The notes under the pieces: generated by a model
Seen by the model: only the letters and a program-made list of their open reading frames with translations
Told to the model about the DNA's origin: nothing
Databases searched by the model: none
Translations under genes and position numbers: made by a program
Part shown: in pieces, positions 61,762 through 64,000 of the stretch
How positions within the stretch are numbered: the stretch's first letter is position 1
How the letters are laid out: each line of letters starts with the position of its first letter
Assembly (NCBI GenBank): GCA_030295235.1
Contig: AP026143.1
Coordinates: forward strand, 248,001 to 312,000
From: Fistulifera solaris
Taxonomy: Eukaryota
Reading direction: 5' to 3'
Length of the DNA: 64,000 bases

Positions 61762-62234
61762 TTTATTCGAAACTTTGTTGTAGTAGTAGAAGAACGAAAG
61801 AAAGAAAGAAAGTAGTGAAGGAATCAAACAAAAAGATTCGCAAGTGTGTTTTCGGTGGGCAGTTTCCAAAAATGAATTTCTGCGAGCAGCAAGCAGCGGC
61901 GCTGGCTGCACCGCCTTGTGTCTCGTTGTATTGTTTGATCCAGTCTGGTTTTGGAGGGAATGACGGTCGTCCTCGTGCTTGGAACTGCAGCCTATGTAAT
62001 TTTCTGGCGCGCGCCAGCCACTTCAGTGAGTATGTGCTTTCTAGTTCAACGGATCTCGTTTGAACGCCGAGACTGACACAAAAAGTGTTTTACGTAAAAT
62101 CTCTGCCAAAGTGGTCGTGGAGGGAGAAATAATAACATACGAGCTCTCGCGTCGCGAGAAAAGACATTTTGAAAATTCGACCACGCCTCATTCTCTTCCC
62201 ATTGCAACCAATAAGAATTGCAACAACAAGATTG

Positions 62235-63653
62235 ATGAAACATGATGTCATGAGGCAAAAGTTCCACCAATTCTTTCTCCTTGTAGCCTTCGTACTCGTG
62301 TGGCTATGGACTATCAATATTCAAGTCGTCCAAGACCACTGGAGTTCTCCCAACTGGGCTGCTCCGCATGAAACAATTAACGCCGATGACTTTGAATTTC
62401 ATTATGTATTTAGCACCGGATGCAATGCCTTTCAAGATTGGCAATCGTGGACCTTCTTTTATCACGCGCATCAACTGGGAATACAACATGTGACGCGGGT
62501 CGCGTCGGGATGTTCGAAAGAGCAGCAAGCGAGCATTCGTGCGTCGCATCAAACACAAGTGCAGGCGCTCGCTCCCACGTATCAACTGCATTTGACGCCC
62601 GATTTTACGCGCGTTATTCCCGGAAAGACGTACAAATTCTTCAACAAGCCGTACGGATTGCGTCACTGGATGGAAAACCGATTGGGATTTCCTCACCGAT
62701 CCAAAGAGTACGATAACACGATTTTTGTTCTCATGGATCCCGATCAAATGTTGTTGCGACCGTTTCAACAAGACATGACCGCGTATGCATCATCGATGAA
62801 ATGGGTCAAGAATCCCGCAAAGCCAATACAGATACGAACCGGTCAGCCGTTTGCGCAACTCTACGGGTTGGGCAGCAAATGGGTTCCTTCCATCAACGGC
62901 AATCTGACGGATATTTTGAGTTACCTGCCACCCGAGGAGGCGAAAACCTCTCAATTACACCAGTGGACCGAACAGGATGTCAAAGATTATTATGTCGCCG
63001 GTCCGCCGTACCTTGCGACGGGACCGGACCTGTACCGAATCGTCAACACGTGGGCCACGATTGTCATACCCGTGTATCGTGCGACGGACGATTTCTTGTC
63101 GGAAATGTATGCGTACGCCACCGCGGCCGCCCACTGGGGCCTGAAACATCATTTAACACACTCATTTATGGTGTCGAATCCGACCGTGTTACAAGAAGGA
63201 TGGCATTGGATGGACCATAGTCCGGCCACGGCGGTTTGTGCCTCAGCGTCGCAGTATGAAGCGGATTCCTCCAAATACTATCTGCCGAATGTGTTACACT
63301 ATTGTCAGCGTTATTTCTTGGGTCCCTATTTTTTCTCCAAATACATTCTTCCCAAGAACTTTTTGTCGTGCGAACATCCGTTGCTTGTGGAGCCGGAACT
63401 GGATATTGCGAGCCAATACGAGACGTCGGTGACACCGAATGGGGAACTGAATGAAATTCCGAAAAAGCAACGGAATCGGCACGCCTTTATGCTTTGTCAT
63501 ATGATTCATGGACTCAACGAAGCGGCATCGTATTGGAAGGAACACCACTGCCGTGACGGCAATACTGCCAAAACCTTTCTGTTCAAAAAAGCACAAATCG
63601 TAGGGCTATTTGGAACAGCCTCCTGGCACCGTTTATCGACTAATCAATTTTAG
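62235..63653 (+). CDS. Hydroxyproline O-arabinosyltransferase / peptidyl-serine galactosyltransferase-like glycosyltransferase
   Basis: Type II TM anchor; FSTGC..FQDWQS, FNKPYGLRHW, DPD, GPPY, SEMYAY and HYCQ. Confidence 0.8.
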   Translation: MKHDVMRQKFHQFFLLVAFVLVWLWTINIQVVQDHWSSPNWAAPHETINADDFEFHYVFSTGCNAFQDWQSWTFFYHAHQLGIQHVTRVASGCSKEQQASIRASHQTQVQALAPTYQLHLTPDFTRVIPGKTYKFFNKPYGLRHWMENRLGFPHRSKEYDNTIFVLMDPDQMLLRPFQQDMTAYASSMKWVKNPAKPIQIRTGQPFAQLYGLGSKWVPSINGNLTDILSYLPPEEAKTSQLHQWTEQDVKDYYVAGPPYLATGPDLYRIVNTWATIVIPVYRATDDFLSEMYAYATAAAHWGLKHHLTHSFMVSNPTVLQEGWHWMDHSPATAVCASASQYEADSSKYYLPNVLHYCQRYFLGPYFFSKYILPKNFLSCEHPLLVEPELDIASQYETSVTPNGELNEIPKKQRNRHAFMLCHMIHGLNEAASYWKEHHCRDGNTAKTFLFKKAQIVGLFGTASWHRLSTNQF

Positions 63654-63707
63654 AAAGGATGATATACTAATTGCTAGCTTATGAAAGTATTTTAAAGAGT
63701 GGCACCG

Positions 63708-64000
63708 TTATCGCGCAGTACTCACGGGCGAGGTTTCAGGGTGATGCGTGAAGAGCTCGGTTGATTCCGTCTTTTCAAGGGCAGAAAGCATGGAATTGTT
63801 CGTGTCACGAGAGTAGTAAATACGATGGAGATCCAGAATTCCATGATTTCGTGCGACAGCAATCGGGTGACCTACATCGGCGGGCAGGTCGTGAGAATGA
63901 TCCAAGAGCATCTCTGGCCACAACGCTCGTTCCAGTCGACGGACGAGTGAATCCACAGAGCGGATACCGCAAACTTGATCCACGCGGCAGCGAAACGTCT
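63708..64000 (-). CDS. Probable 3' end of an unknown gene entering from the window end
   Basis: One minus-strand frame is open from the window end to TAA at 63708; no recognisable motif. Confidence 0.4.
   Translation of the reverse strand, partial: TFRCRVDQVCGIRSVDSLVRRLERALWPEMLLDHSHDLPADVGHPIAVARNHGILDLHRIYYSRDTNNSMLSALEKTESTELFTHHPETSPVSTAR

Overview
Eukaryotic nuclear DNA, most likely a raphid pennate diatom. Evidence: short GT-AG introns, bipartite signal plus ASAF-type plastid presequences, DUF6824-like proteins, a diatom-type cyclin, a secreted tandem-SET protein and compact gene spacing. About 33 protein-coding loci can be supported, including THADA-like (partial, absent from the ORF track), SGNH esterase, two-pore K+ channel, TadA, CCX exchanger, PPIL1, TatD, MSH5, ABCF, an NCS2 purine permease divergent from a nucleobase/nucleoside deaminase, cytochrome b5, threonine aldolase, USP, YggS, RPN13, NSE4 and an HPAT-like glycosyltransferase. 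Many genes are broken by 1-bp indels in homopolymers, most simply explained as assembly errors. The most notable items are: (1) a 1.39-kb non-autonomous hAT-type element with 18-bp TIRs and an exact 8-bp TSD, next to a dense field of unrelated 7-8-bp tandem duplications that look like excision footprints; (2) an intronless 741-aa orphan with a FPDCGET...EW...NL motif chain that I recall from intracellular parasite and giant-virus families (unverified); (3) a four-copy ACGT plus HSE-like motif array upstream of a duplicated DUF6824 gene; (4) a head-to-head purine permease/deaminase pair. No rRNA, tRNA or CRISPR array was found. All family calls come from motif recognition, not database searches.
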